Below, one piece after another: positions 26,891 through 37,457 of a DNA stretch of 64,000 bases. Source of the DNA: Eledone cirrhosa. Lineage: Eukaryota. Both the position numbers and the translations under genes were made by a program. The number at the start of each line of letters is the position of its first letter. Positions within the stretch are counted from its first letter, which is position 1. The stretch spans positions 274,412,001 to 274,476,000 of the forward strand of contig OZ024741.1 in assembly GCA_964016885.1 (NCBI GenBank), given 5' to 3'. The notes under the pieces were generated by a model that saw nothing but the letters and a program-made list of their open reading frames with translations, ran no database searches and was not told the origin of the DNA.

Positions 26891-26984
26891 TATTTCCATA
26901 CCACAGGGCACAAAAGCCTTGTGGTGGTCAATATATTGCTTTCTGCCTAATGTATGAGGTCAGGCCGTTAAAGTGACCTACACA

Positions 26985-28156
26985 TAAATGTGTGTTACTC
27001 TATTACTCTGTTACATATTCAAGCCGACAGCAGACTGAGGCCATGCTGGGGCACCGCCATTGGTGCAAAAAGGAGTTTGTTGCTGCCGCACTTATTTGTG
27101 CTTCACCTCTTGCTGAGGGTTCACTCGGGATCTTGGTTAGAAGAATGTCGAGTTTTTTGGCAGCTTTTTGCAGTATGTGGTCCTTATTCTTAATGCTACG
27201 GATGGGACCTTTGTCACTACCCTGTGACGGCCTGTTTGTGGGCTTGTCCTATCATCAATGCCGAATTTTGGTTCTAGCCCTTCCAGGATCTTCCATAAGT
27301 ATATCACTGCGTATCTCTCAAGAAATAAAGCTTTAGTTATTTCCGCCTCTCCCAGTAGTGTCATCTCTTTTATTAAGGCAATCCTCTTGGCGTAGTTTCG
27401 TTAGATTGCTTCAATTCCTGCGGTTAGTTTGACACTGTGGAGCGACCACAGCTGAGAACAATAGACCAGTCGACTGAGGACGAAAAGCCTCCAGAAGACC
27501 TACATGGTTTCCGGTCTCTTGTCTTCATAGTCTTCAGAATCCAGCCCACCAGTCGTCTGTACATTGCCGTCATTTTGATGATGTGAGCACGAAACGGTGC
27601 GTCATTGCTCATGTCAATACGCAGGTCTCGTATTGATTTTGACTCGGGATTTCGATTCCTCCTTCTGCGGTGTACCTTTGTTGTGGAAGCGGAAAGCTTC
27701 AAACTTACCTGCAATAAAGTGCATATTGTTGTCTTCAATCCATTCGCATATGGCTTCTAAATCCTGTTGTAAGAGAGTAGTATCAGCCGGTCACTTGATT
27801 GCCTGGGCTATGTTCATGTCGTCAGCATTGCTTGTGAGAGAGGCTGTCTGTATTACAGAGGGCATGTCTAAGAGAGCCACCACAAACAGTAGTAGTCCCA
27901 TGAAGATTCCCAGGAGCACTCCACTTCTTATTAACGTTTCCTTTGAGAGGGCCCGGTTGGCTGCCACAGTCTGGCTTGTGTCATTTAAGAAGTCACGAAG
28001 CCGTTCGCCTAGTTTACCGGCTATGTCAAAGCTACGTAGTTTGTGACATATCATTCCATGACCAACCTTTTCGAACGTCTTCGTAAAAGCGACACATATC
28101 ACATCCACGTTCGTACAGTCTACCAACTGTTGGGGTATCCGGTCATAATGCTGCAT
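26985..28156 (-). mobile_element. Decayed 5'-truncated CR1/L2-group LINE (RT and C-terminus)
   Basis: VDVICVAFTKTFEKVGHG..HKL..IAGKL..SGV..GLLLF..ADD; later LERYAVIYLWKILEGL; short tandem tail AGAGTAA. Confidence 0.8.
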
Positions 28157-28163
28157 ATATGTT

Positions 28164-28198
<35 letters not shown>

Positions 28199-28199
28199 T

Positions 28200-29006
28200 A
28201 GATTTAATGATTAATTGATTAATTTAATTAGACAATTCTATTGATTGGTTAATTATTTATGTTTGTTTAATAACATCTAGTCGAGAGCTTTCATTCGGTT
28301 TGTGTAAAGGATTTAAATCCTTTGTTCAAATTTTGTATTTGACCGCCAAAACCGGGGGTTACCTCCCTTCGGAGAAACCACGTGACTACTAGCAGTGTTT
28401 ACTACTAGTTCTGGCAACCGGCGGAGGCAGAACGAAAACTTGTTGACGAAGTAAATTCCACTGTTCTATCTTCCAAAGACCAATTAACTTGCAGGCCCCT
28501 GCAGATGGATTTTGTTGATTTTGGATTTACAGAAACCTAGTGGAGATGTTATATAATTGTTTCTACTTTAGGCACAAGGCCAGCAATTATCCAGTGCATT
28601 ACTGGTACTTTATTTTATCGACCCCGTAAGGATGAAAGGCAAAGTCAACCTCGGCGGGATTTGAACTCAGATCGTAAAGGGACGTAACTATGCTGGAAAG
28701 CATGGCGTCCGACCCTCTACCGATACTGCCAATCCACCGCCCTACACCGGAGATGTTATATAATACTATGTAATATGTCCACGATGGTCCCGGTAACTGT
28801 CAAACATTTCCCTGAGTCGGATTTTTCGTTGTTCTGGTCCTAGCGGCTCGCATTTCGGTCGATGGCTTCAATTTGCATAGCTGTCTTAACGTAATGTTAT
28901 AACTCTAAGGTAAACTTCCTTATTGAGTGTTTGTGGCTGCACTTCCCGACAGCATTCATTAGAGTGCCCGCAACCAGAGCTTCGATTATGCTGTCCTACC
29001 TTCTTG

Positions 29007-29008
<2 letters not shown>
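28200..29008 (-). repeat. Dispersed repeat (homolog of 17718-18215) interrupted by a SINE
   Basis: Reverse-complement homology on both sides of the SINE; (TA)n on both flanks. Confidence 0.8.
28558..28748 (-). mobile_element. Full-length tRNA-derived SINE with 16-bp target-site duplication
   Basis: A box TGGCAGTATCGG, B box GAGTTCAAATCC; TSD GGAGATGTTATATAAT at 28542-28557 and 28749-28764. Confidence 0.9.
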
Positions 29009-29058
<50 letters not shown>

Positions 29059-29062
<4 letters not shown>

Positions 29063-29106
29063 CTATTTAATTGTAAGAGACTATTTTGAGTTTCTAACTC
29101 AATCTA

Positions 29107-29177
<71 letters not shown>

Positions 29178-30016
29178 ATAGATTGAGTTAGAAAATTAGA
29201 AACTCAAAATAGTCTTTTACAATTAAATAGCTCAAAGAAGGGAATCTTTCCGAGCCGTGTAATATAATTGAATATATGAGAGGGATGAACACTGATACAA
29301 GTATACATGTGTTCCAATTGCAAATGACCAAGTCAGCTAGGTGTTGAAAAAATACTAATTTAAAACAATATGGTTTGCCTGACTCGATTTAACGGAATAA
29401 ATCAATGAAAATAACAAACCTATATCGGGCAAATAGCCTATGATACCCGGACAGATGTAAATCTGTTTCGCAAGGATTATTAAGTGAAAGCTAGAATTCT
29501 TGTGCTCTTCTGCGGGTATCCAGGAAAATTCGTACCTTTCACTTCAAAGGATCTAAGAAGACTGAACGATGCGCGGGTATAAACGCACATGTTACAGCGC
29601 CTAGCGCATCTCATACTCTTGCCGCTAAAAATAGCAGCTGGGTTTATGAGACTAAAGTTAGCTTTACATACGGAGCCGAGAATATCATAGATTGAGTTAG
29701 AAACTCAAAATAGACTTTTACAATTAAATAGCTCAAAGAAGGGAATCTTTCCGAGCCGTGTAATACAAATGAATATATGAGAGGGATGAACACTGATACA
29801 AGTATACATGTGTTCCAATTGCAAATGACCAAGTTAGCTAGGTTGGAAAACCCGAGAAACCAGACCTTATCGGTCTGGTTTCTTGGATATGTCACCATTT
29901 ATAAAACAAATTTTGTATTTTATCTGATGAGGGCGTACCAAAATGTTGGTACCCTTGAAATATATATAATAAAATAAATATCGTTTTATAAATATAGTTT
30001 CCATTTATTAATATCA
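29059..30016 (+). mobile_element. PLE pseudo-LTR with direct and inverted partial repeats
   Basis: 29175-29345 repeats at 29683-29845; 29059-29112 is its inverse; ends in HHR, AATAAA and (TA)n. Confidence 0.75.
29916..29976 (+). ncRNA. Type I hammerhead ribozyme
   Basis: TATTTTAT-CTGATGA-GGGCGTACCA-AAATGT-TGGTACCCTT-GAAATATATATA-ATAAAATA; AUA site. Confidence 0.8.
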
Positions 30017-30103
<87 letters not shown>

Positions 30104-30323
30104 ATATATATTTGTACATATACATGCACTCACATAAACACACACACTCACACACATAATATATATATGCATATATATATATATATACATATATATAGTA
30201 ATAATAATAAAATTGAAGACTAAAATCCAGAGTGGGCTCGATAAGGATAAATATATATCAAATATATAAGAAACGTAGAGCAAATATTTATTTTAAACTT
30301 TAATCTGTTATTTTAATAAATAA

Positions 30324-30369
<46 letters not shown>

Positions 30370-30495
30370 AAAAGAAATCGAATATGCAACTGGAGTCCTT
30401 TTAAGAATATTTATTTGTTTCATTTACCGGTTTCACAGTTCTTGTGCTTTTCAAAAGTAGAATTGAAATGGAGGGTTTGTGGGTTTTAAACACAC

Positions 30496-30532
<37 letters not shown>

Positions 30533-30533
30533 T

Positions 30534-30595
<62 letters not shown>

Positions 30596-31238
30596 CTGTA
30601 TATATATATATATGTGTGTGTGTGTGTACTTGTGTGCGTGTGTGTATTGTAACATATATTTAAGTCAGCCTTCCTCTAGATGGTTGTTCCTAGTGCTAGA
30701 AATAGCAATCAAACCTCTCTCCAATCTCTCCTCTCACGTCTTAAATAAATGGAAGTGTACAATCAATTATGTTGTTCTATATACAATTAATATGATAGGC
30801 TGTTCACAGTTGGCTTACATTGGATCATATGCTTGCTGGATCAAAGTCGGCCCTGGGCTAAACAGCAACAAAATCAATAGCAACCCTTATACTATATCAT
30901 CATCATCATCATCAACAAGAACAACAACAGAAAACCTCATCAGCAACAATAGCAATAATTCTACAACAACAACAACAATTATTTGGGGAGGTATAGGAAG
31001 ATGAGGCTAAATAGATAGAGAGGTTGGGTATAAGGAGACAAGGATGAGTAGAGGAGGAGGGAGATATATAGAGAGAAGGGCAGATAGATATAACGACAGT
31101 CGATAATCGATCGACAAAATTCCAGACCTCATTTGCTTAATGAGTGGGGTGGAACTCAGCAAATCGGACCGAGGAAACAATGTTTCCGTTGGTCTTTCTA
31201 ATTGCTAATATTATCTGTCGGTCGCAAGTCCAGGTAGA

Positions 31239-31358
31239 AGGAGCAACGTGAAATAAAGTGTCTTGCTCAAGGACATAACGCATCGCCCGGTCTGGGAATC
31301 GAAAACACAACCTCACGATTGCGAATCCAATTCTCTAACCACTCAGCCACACGCCTTC
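31239..31358 (-). mobile_element. 5' part of tRNA-derived SINE
   Basis: A box TGGCTGAGTGG, B box TTCGATTCC, GTCCTTGAGCAAGACACTT as in 23465-23692. Confidence 0.78.
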
Positions 31359-31732
31359 AGATATATAGATATATATAGAAAGAGAGAAAGAGAGACAGAG
31401 AGGAATGAATAGAGAGGGAGGGGGAGGGAGATATAGGGAGAGAGAAATAGATAAATAGAGGTGGAGATATAAAGAGAGAAGGATAGAAGGATAGATAGAT
31501 AAATTTCTATTTATTTGCCACGAGGGCACAAAAGAAGGGGACATTTACACAGTGTGGGAGTTTACATAAATCGAGTAAAGAAAAAGGAATAACAATAATA
31601 ATATAATAATAAAAAGTCCTCAAAAGGGAGGGGGCGTGTTCGGGATTGCACATACCCCCGAAAAGTGTGCAACCCTTTTCGCGGGGGAAGCCCAGAGAGG
31701 AGGCGCTCCCCCTTTCCTCTTCACTTCTTCAC

Positions 31733-34700
31733 CTACAGAACAATGTAGAGAGAAGGCCCATTTACACGAGCCATTCTCGCTTCTTTCACCCACCTTTCAT
31801 AAAACTGTCTGGGGCCAAGCACTTCTCTCTCCATCCTGATCCTTCTTCCGAAGTGGTATCGGAAGAAGTAAACCAGGTGATGGCCGGAGAGAAAGTCACC
31901 TGACCTCAGACCTTTCAGGCGCGTCCACCACACAACCTCTTTCATCATGGCTATTACGCACAGAAAGACCGCCTCTGCTTCGTTTCTGAAGAGAGGCGGC
32001 GGCTTGATGTTCACCACAGACTCGGCGGTTAATCGAATCGGCGCCACACGCGACAGCAGTCGTTCGACGTAGCCCCACAGATCGGCAACGCCCGGGCAGT
32101 GTACCAGTGCATGCGCAACGGTTTCCTCGTCGCGCACGCATCTGGGACAGATCTTTTTCGCTGGATCCCTGCCCGGGCGCCCGTGTCTGTAGAGCTTTTC
32201 TCGAACGGGCAGAGCCCCCCGGTAACACTGCCAGGCTAGGGACCTCTGGAAGTTGTCCATGGGTCCCGGGCCGAAAGTTCTACCGAACAGGCTGGCCAGT
32301 TCGTCCTCCTCCATGCCTAGCGACTCTCCAAGGGTGTCGTCGCCCTTGCTAGCCACCAACCCTCTATAGAATGTCGAGGTGGATTCTCCACTGATAGTCG
32401 GGTCCGCTTGCCAGATAGCCGTGAGCGCCTGGGCACACTCGGTGTGCCAGTTACCCAGTTTTCTCGGTCTTTGCTTCACCCAGGATTGCAGTTCGGTGAG
32501 CGAGACGAGCTGTGGGAAGGCTCGCCTCACAAACGGGGCCCACACCGGCTGACCGTTGAGGAATACCTGTAGATGCCGTAGCCTCAATGCGTGCCTACGC
32601 ATCAACAGCCACGGCATACCCAGCCCTCCTTTCGAAGGGTGCTGGCAGCAGATGGATCTCCTCACCATGGGAGGCCGCTTCTTCCAGAGGAACTGGAAGA
32701 GCATGCGTTCCATGATGGTGAGCTTTTCCTTGGGGCAAGGCACGACGGTCAGGCGGTAGTAGATGACGGACGCTATGTAAGCGTTCGTCACCTCCGCCCG
32801 ACCTTTCAGTGATAGTTTGCACTTGGCCCACTTCTGGATCAGCGCAAACACCCTGCTCGTCACTTCGCCCCAATTCTTCTCCACCTGGAGGTCCGGTCCG
32901 AACCAGACCCCGAGCAGCTTCACCGGGCCCTCCGTCCACCGCCCGACGACACCGTCTAACGGCATCGGTTTGCCCCTCCACGTTCCGAGTTGCAAACCGA
33001 CTGACTTGTCCTGGTTCAGCCTAGTCCCCGTCAGCCTTTCGTATTCCTCCAGTAGGGTGGCGATCGCCCCGATTTCCGAGGCGTCCGCCACCATTACTGT
33101 TACGTCGTCGGCATAGGCCGAGACCGCTTTGTGCAATCCCGGTTCCAGGGGTATGCCCCGCAGCAACTCCAACTTCCGCAGCAGTGGCTCGAGAGTCAAT
33201 ACGTACAGAAGGGAGGAGAGGGGGCACCCCTGTCTGATGGATCGGGTGATTTGAAACGGCTCCGAGAGGTAGCCGTTTACTTTGATCCTAGAGTAGATGT
33301 TGCCACTGTGCATGGCAGAAATCCAGCCCCTGAAAACGGGTCCGAAGCCCGCCGCCGCTAGCACCGCATCCAGGTAACCATGGTCAACCCTATCGAACGC
33401 CTTAGATTGATCCAAGTTGATCAGGGCCCCACCAAAGCCGGGTTCGTTGCCAACCCTCTCTATGATGTATCGCATGAGGTGGAGGTTGTCGTGAATGGAC
33501 CTGGACGGGATAGCGCATGTCTGCGCGTCTCCCACCAAACCACCCACCACAAGCGCCGACCTCTTCGCCAACACCTTGGCCAAAATCTGTAACTCTGCAT
33601 TCAGCAGAGTTATGGGCCTAAAGTTACTTAAGTCGTCCCCCTTGCTCTCGTCCTTCCTCACTAGCGTGACCACGCCCTTGGTCACAGAACAGGGAATTCT
33701 CCCGTTCTGTTGCCAGTTGCAATAGACAGCCTCGAGGAGTTCGGAGAACAAGACCGGCATAGCTAAATAAAGTTCGTATGGTAGACCATCGAGACCCGGG
33801 GATTTGCGTCTGCTGCATTGGCTGAGCGCTTCCCCGATTTCAGTGGCTGTGATTGGCCTTTCGCAGCACTCCGCTTCGCCGCTCGAAAGACGCGGTAGAC
33901 CGTCGAGGTATGGACCGAAGTCCACATCCCCGTCCGGCCCCCCGCCCCCTCCGAACAGTCGAGCAAAGTGCCTTTGAAAGGCCTCGCACATCCGCTCAGG
34001 TTCAAGGATCACCCGTCCATCCTGGTCTCGCAAAGACCGAATGGTGGATTTAATCCCACTCTTGGCTTCTGTCACGCGGGCCCAGCTAACAGCTTTGGTC
34101 CCCTCGTTTCCTAAAGCACGTATTTTACTTCGGACAACGCAGCCTTCGTGCTTCGCGTCAAAGAACTGGCTCAACGCCGTTCTCGCCGCTAACACTCTGG
34201 CCACGTCTCCGCTCCTAATCGCCTCTTCTAGTTTATCTGTTAACTCCCTTTCCTTCCTATTTCTATTTGCCGCTAGTTCCTTACTGTAACCTATCGAACT
34301 TACTCTAATCTCTCTCTTTAGAGATACCCACCACCTACTGTTGACGATCGCTCCCGTCAACTGCATCTTAACTAAGCTACTAATCCGGTTCCTGTAATCT
34401 TTCTTTGCCGGCAAGGACAAGTTCATCTTCCAGTAACCGGGACCCTGTCTATGCGTTCTATCAAGGTTGACCACGCAGGTCACTAATTTGTGATCTGAAT
34501 AGCCAACCATGATCAGTTCTGGACAACTAAATACGTCCCTATCCTTACTCCTAACCAAAAACCTATCTAGGTACGATCTAGATTGTCCACTGCGGTTTGC
34601 CCAGGTCCAGGTTGGCGCAGTTGGACAATCTAGTCGAAATCTATCGACCAGGTCGAATCGATCGAGTAACCCCTTGAGGCTGCTACACCCCCCTCTATCG

Positions 34701-35166
34701 GGACATGCCCCTGCATAGTCCCAACGCGCATCTAGCATTCCATTCCAGTCCCCCACTAAAAGCAGGGAACGCGACGTTCCTAGAAAAGTCTCCAGACGCT
34801 GGAAGAAGTCGGCTCTTTCCGCCCCGAAGGGGGCATAAAGACCGACCAGTCTGAAAGCCCCGCCTTCACCGCCTCCGACGTCCAGCACCAGTAATCGACC
34901 CCCCGGGTCCGAGTGAACAATCTGTACGTCGAGAGCCAGACGTTTATCCAGTAGTACGGCAACTCCCCCCCCCCCCCGCCTCCGGGTTGACAGAGAGATG
35001 CGTGCATCTCAAAGTCATCGAAGGCGGGCGCCAGCTGTCTCACGCTGCTGATCCGACTCTCGCAAACAACCATCACATCTATACTTTGTGACCTGAGGTC
35101 ATTTAGAAGCTTTGCTTGCTTCCAAGCTGAGCCCAGGCCACGCGCGTTCAAACAGCCAACTCTCAA
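31733..35166 (-). CDS. Tx1-C ORF2 APE-RT-CCHC polyprotein (one frameshift in a G13 run at about 34965-34977)
   Basis: CLNARGL, VCES, GDWN, SYLDR, YSDH, QGCPLS, YADD, CPRCVRDEETVAHALVHC; more than 1050 open codons after the shift. Confidence 0.92.
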
Positions 35167-35171
35167 TTGAT

Positions 35172-37037
35172 CTATTTTGGTGTTGAAAATGAAGAAAGAA
35201 AAGCACCTACCTCTCCGGGTTGTGTAATTTCCATGGCATCAGGTGTGTTGGGTGGAGGGATGTTTTGTGGTGGTGTGGGGGTATCCGTGTGTGGTGGGGT
35301 TGGGGTATTTGGAGTTGTGTCAGGGAGAGGGGCGGTTATGGGGAAATATTTCAAGAGGACGCGATTTAACGGTTTTAAACAGGGGAGGCTCACGTCCCGT
35401 CTAAATTGTTCTTTTAAGGAACGATAAAGGTCCAGAGGGACCTTTATCATTTTTAAATGGGTGAAGTTCTCTGTTGAGATAAAGTTTGGCCCTTCGGTCT
35501 GCACCATAGGGTTATTGTTTATTAATTTAACCAGTTTTTTGTTTTCTTTATTTATATATGTGTATTGCAACGTCTTTTTTTGTGATGCTGTCAATGTTTC
35601 GGAGAGGGGAGGCGCAGATTTATTTTTGTTTGTTGAGGGTGGGGTGTTTTTGATTGGAGTTGGTGTTTGTGTGTGGGTTATTTGTGGTTTGCTGGGTGTG
35701 TGTTTTCTTTTTTTTCTTTTAACTTGTCTGAAGGCTTCTCCTCCTTCTTCTTCAGAAGTTGGGGGAAACTCTTCAACGCTAGGTGGAAGGGACGTGTTGT
35801 GTGGTTGTTTTTTTTTTGCGGGAGGGGTAGATTTGTTACTGTTTTTTTTATTATTTGTTTGGAATGGGTTTTGTGGTGGTGGTGGTGGTGGTAATGTTTG
35901 TGTCGTGCTTGTGGTTGGTGATGGTGGTGGTGATGTTTGTGTTGTGGTTGGTGGTGGTGATTTTTGTGTCGTGCTTGTGTTTGGTGCTGGTGGTGGTGAT
36001 GTTTGTGTTGTGTTTGTGGTTGGTGGTGTCTGTATTTTGTTTGCTGTGTGTGGTATTAGTGTATTTTTGGAGGTGGGTGGTGTTGGTGTACTGTTTGTGG
36101 TGGGTGTGGGCAATAGTTCTTTTTGGGGGATACGTTTCGGGCAGTTTGCCTTAACGTGTCCCCTTTCCATGCATAAATAGCATGCTGGTCTTCTCCCCTC
36201 TACAATTATATCTATTGGGGTAAGGTCATCCAGCCAGATGCGATCCGGGATTTGTGCTATTCTTTCGGGCCTCATTTGGACTAGTATGTCGAGGCCCATT
36301 CCCAGGAACGCATCTCCAGTTGCCTTCCCCATTGACAGCATTGTGTCTTCGCCCATGTCTATGAAGCCAGCAATAGCCCACCAGAAGTCCATTGTGGGCA
36401 GCATTGTTTTTACTTTTACTCTCTGTGTTCTTCTACCCATGTAGGAGGGATAGAAGCTGTATGTTGTCGATGAGAGTGGGCTTAGGGAAAGCTTCTCCGC
36501 CGTTTCCTTGTCTTTTGTTAGGACCGAAATGCTGCCATAGAGTCGGTCCTTTCGTATGAAGAGAATATTCTTCATATAGTCTTTTAGGACCAACTCTATT
36601 TCCATTTGGCTAGGCTGTGCTGGCTTTCTTGTCTGGTTCAGTATAGTTCTGAAGAGAACTGTGCTCTCTGTTCTGGCTTTCTTGAATTCTGGGGGGGAGT
36701 TAATGGAAAACATTCCGTTCTCCCCCAAGACTATTTGTTTTTTCGCTTCGGCCAGTTTTTCTCTGGCGGCAGTTAAGTCAATTGGTGTGTATGTAATGGA
36801 TTGTTTTGTTTTCTGGGCGAAAGTTGCCCTGTTGTTATTTGTATTATTTTCTGTTTGTTTGTTTTCCGTTTGCTCATTTTCCTTAACATTTGTTTTTTCA
36901 TTTTCCTTGTTTGTTTCGTTGTCTAATTTTGTTGTAATTATTTTTTGTTCTTCAGACTTGGGGGGCATGGCAGAGCTAATGGCAGACATGTCTGCCATCT
37001 TTTCCGCCATGCTGCCAAGAAAGAAATTTTTCGGCAA
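35172..37037 (-). CDS. Tx1-C ORF1 gag-like zinc-knuckle protein (621 aa)
   Basis: IIVEGRRPACYLCMERGHVKANC, Pro/Thr-rich linker, basic KRKKRK patch. Confidence 0.9.
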   Translation of the reverse strand: MPKNFFLGSMAEKMADMSAISSAMPPKSEEQKIITTKLDNETNKENEKTNVKENEQTENKQTENNTNNNRATFAQKTKQSITYTPIDLTAAREKLAEAKKQIVLGENGMFSINSPPEFKKARTESTVLFRTILNQTRKPAQPSQMEIELVLKDYMKNILFIRKDRLYGSISVLTKDKETAEKLSLSPLSSTTYSFYPSYMGRRTQRVKVKTMLPTMDFWWAIAGFIDMGEDTMLSMGKATGDAFLGMGLDILVQMRPERIAQIPDRIWLDDLTPIDIIVEGRRPACYLCMERGHVKANCPKRIPQKELLPTPTTNSTPTPPTSKNTLIPHTANKIQTPPTTNTTQTSPPPAPNTSTTQKSPPPTTTQTSPPPSPTTSTTQTLPPPPPPQNPFQTNNKKNSNKSTPPAKKKQPHNTSLPPSVEEFPPTSEEEGGEAFRQVKRKKRKHTPSKPQITHTQTPTPIKNTPPSTNKNKSAPPLSETLTASQKKTLQYTYINKENKKLVKLINNNPMVQTEGPNFISTENFTHLKMIKVPLDLYRSLKEQFRRDVSLPCLKPLNRVLLKYFPITAPLPDTTPNTPTPPHTDTPTPPQNIPPPNTPDAMEITQPGEVGAFLSSFSTPK

Positions 37038-37211
37038 AAATAGATATTTATTTTACCCCTAAAAAGGGGGTAAATGCAAAAATGTTTCCCTAAATAACAG
37101 GGGTTAGTGTTCCAAATGTGTTGCACTGAAAAATTTATCCGGTACTTACAATAGTAAGGGTAAATCCCGATGGAATAGCGGAGCCGATGTGAAGCGTGTC
37201 TTACTCTATCA

Positions 37212-37240
37212 AGATAGATAGATAGATAGATAGATAGATA
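37212..37240. repeat. (GATA)n between Tx1-C and Tx1-D
   Basis: Pure AGAT run. Confidence 0.97.
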
Positions 37241-37457
37241 TATTTCTTTATTTACCATAAAGGCATAAAAAGAAGGGACAAATACAAAGGGGGAGTTTAC
37301 ATAAAACCGAGTAAAAAGGGTATAAAATGAAAATAATCGAAAACAACCTCAAAAGGGAGGGGACGTGATGGGGGTTGCACACACCCCCGAAAAAGTGTGC
37401 AATCCTTTGCCCGGGGAGCACACGGGGAAGGTGTTCCCCTCTCCTTCACTTCTTTAC

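Larger units (their letters stand above)
31502..37211 (-). mobile_element. Near-intact Tx1-clade non-LTR retrotransposon (copy C) inserted in (GATA)n
   Basis: Uninterrupted ORF1; ORF2 with a single frameshift; GATA repeats at 31490-31501 and 37212-37240. Confidence 0.95.

Noticed and set aside
31300-31358. tRNA gene
   Set aside because: A and B boxes run into a SINE body and no full cloverleaf forms
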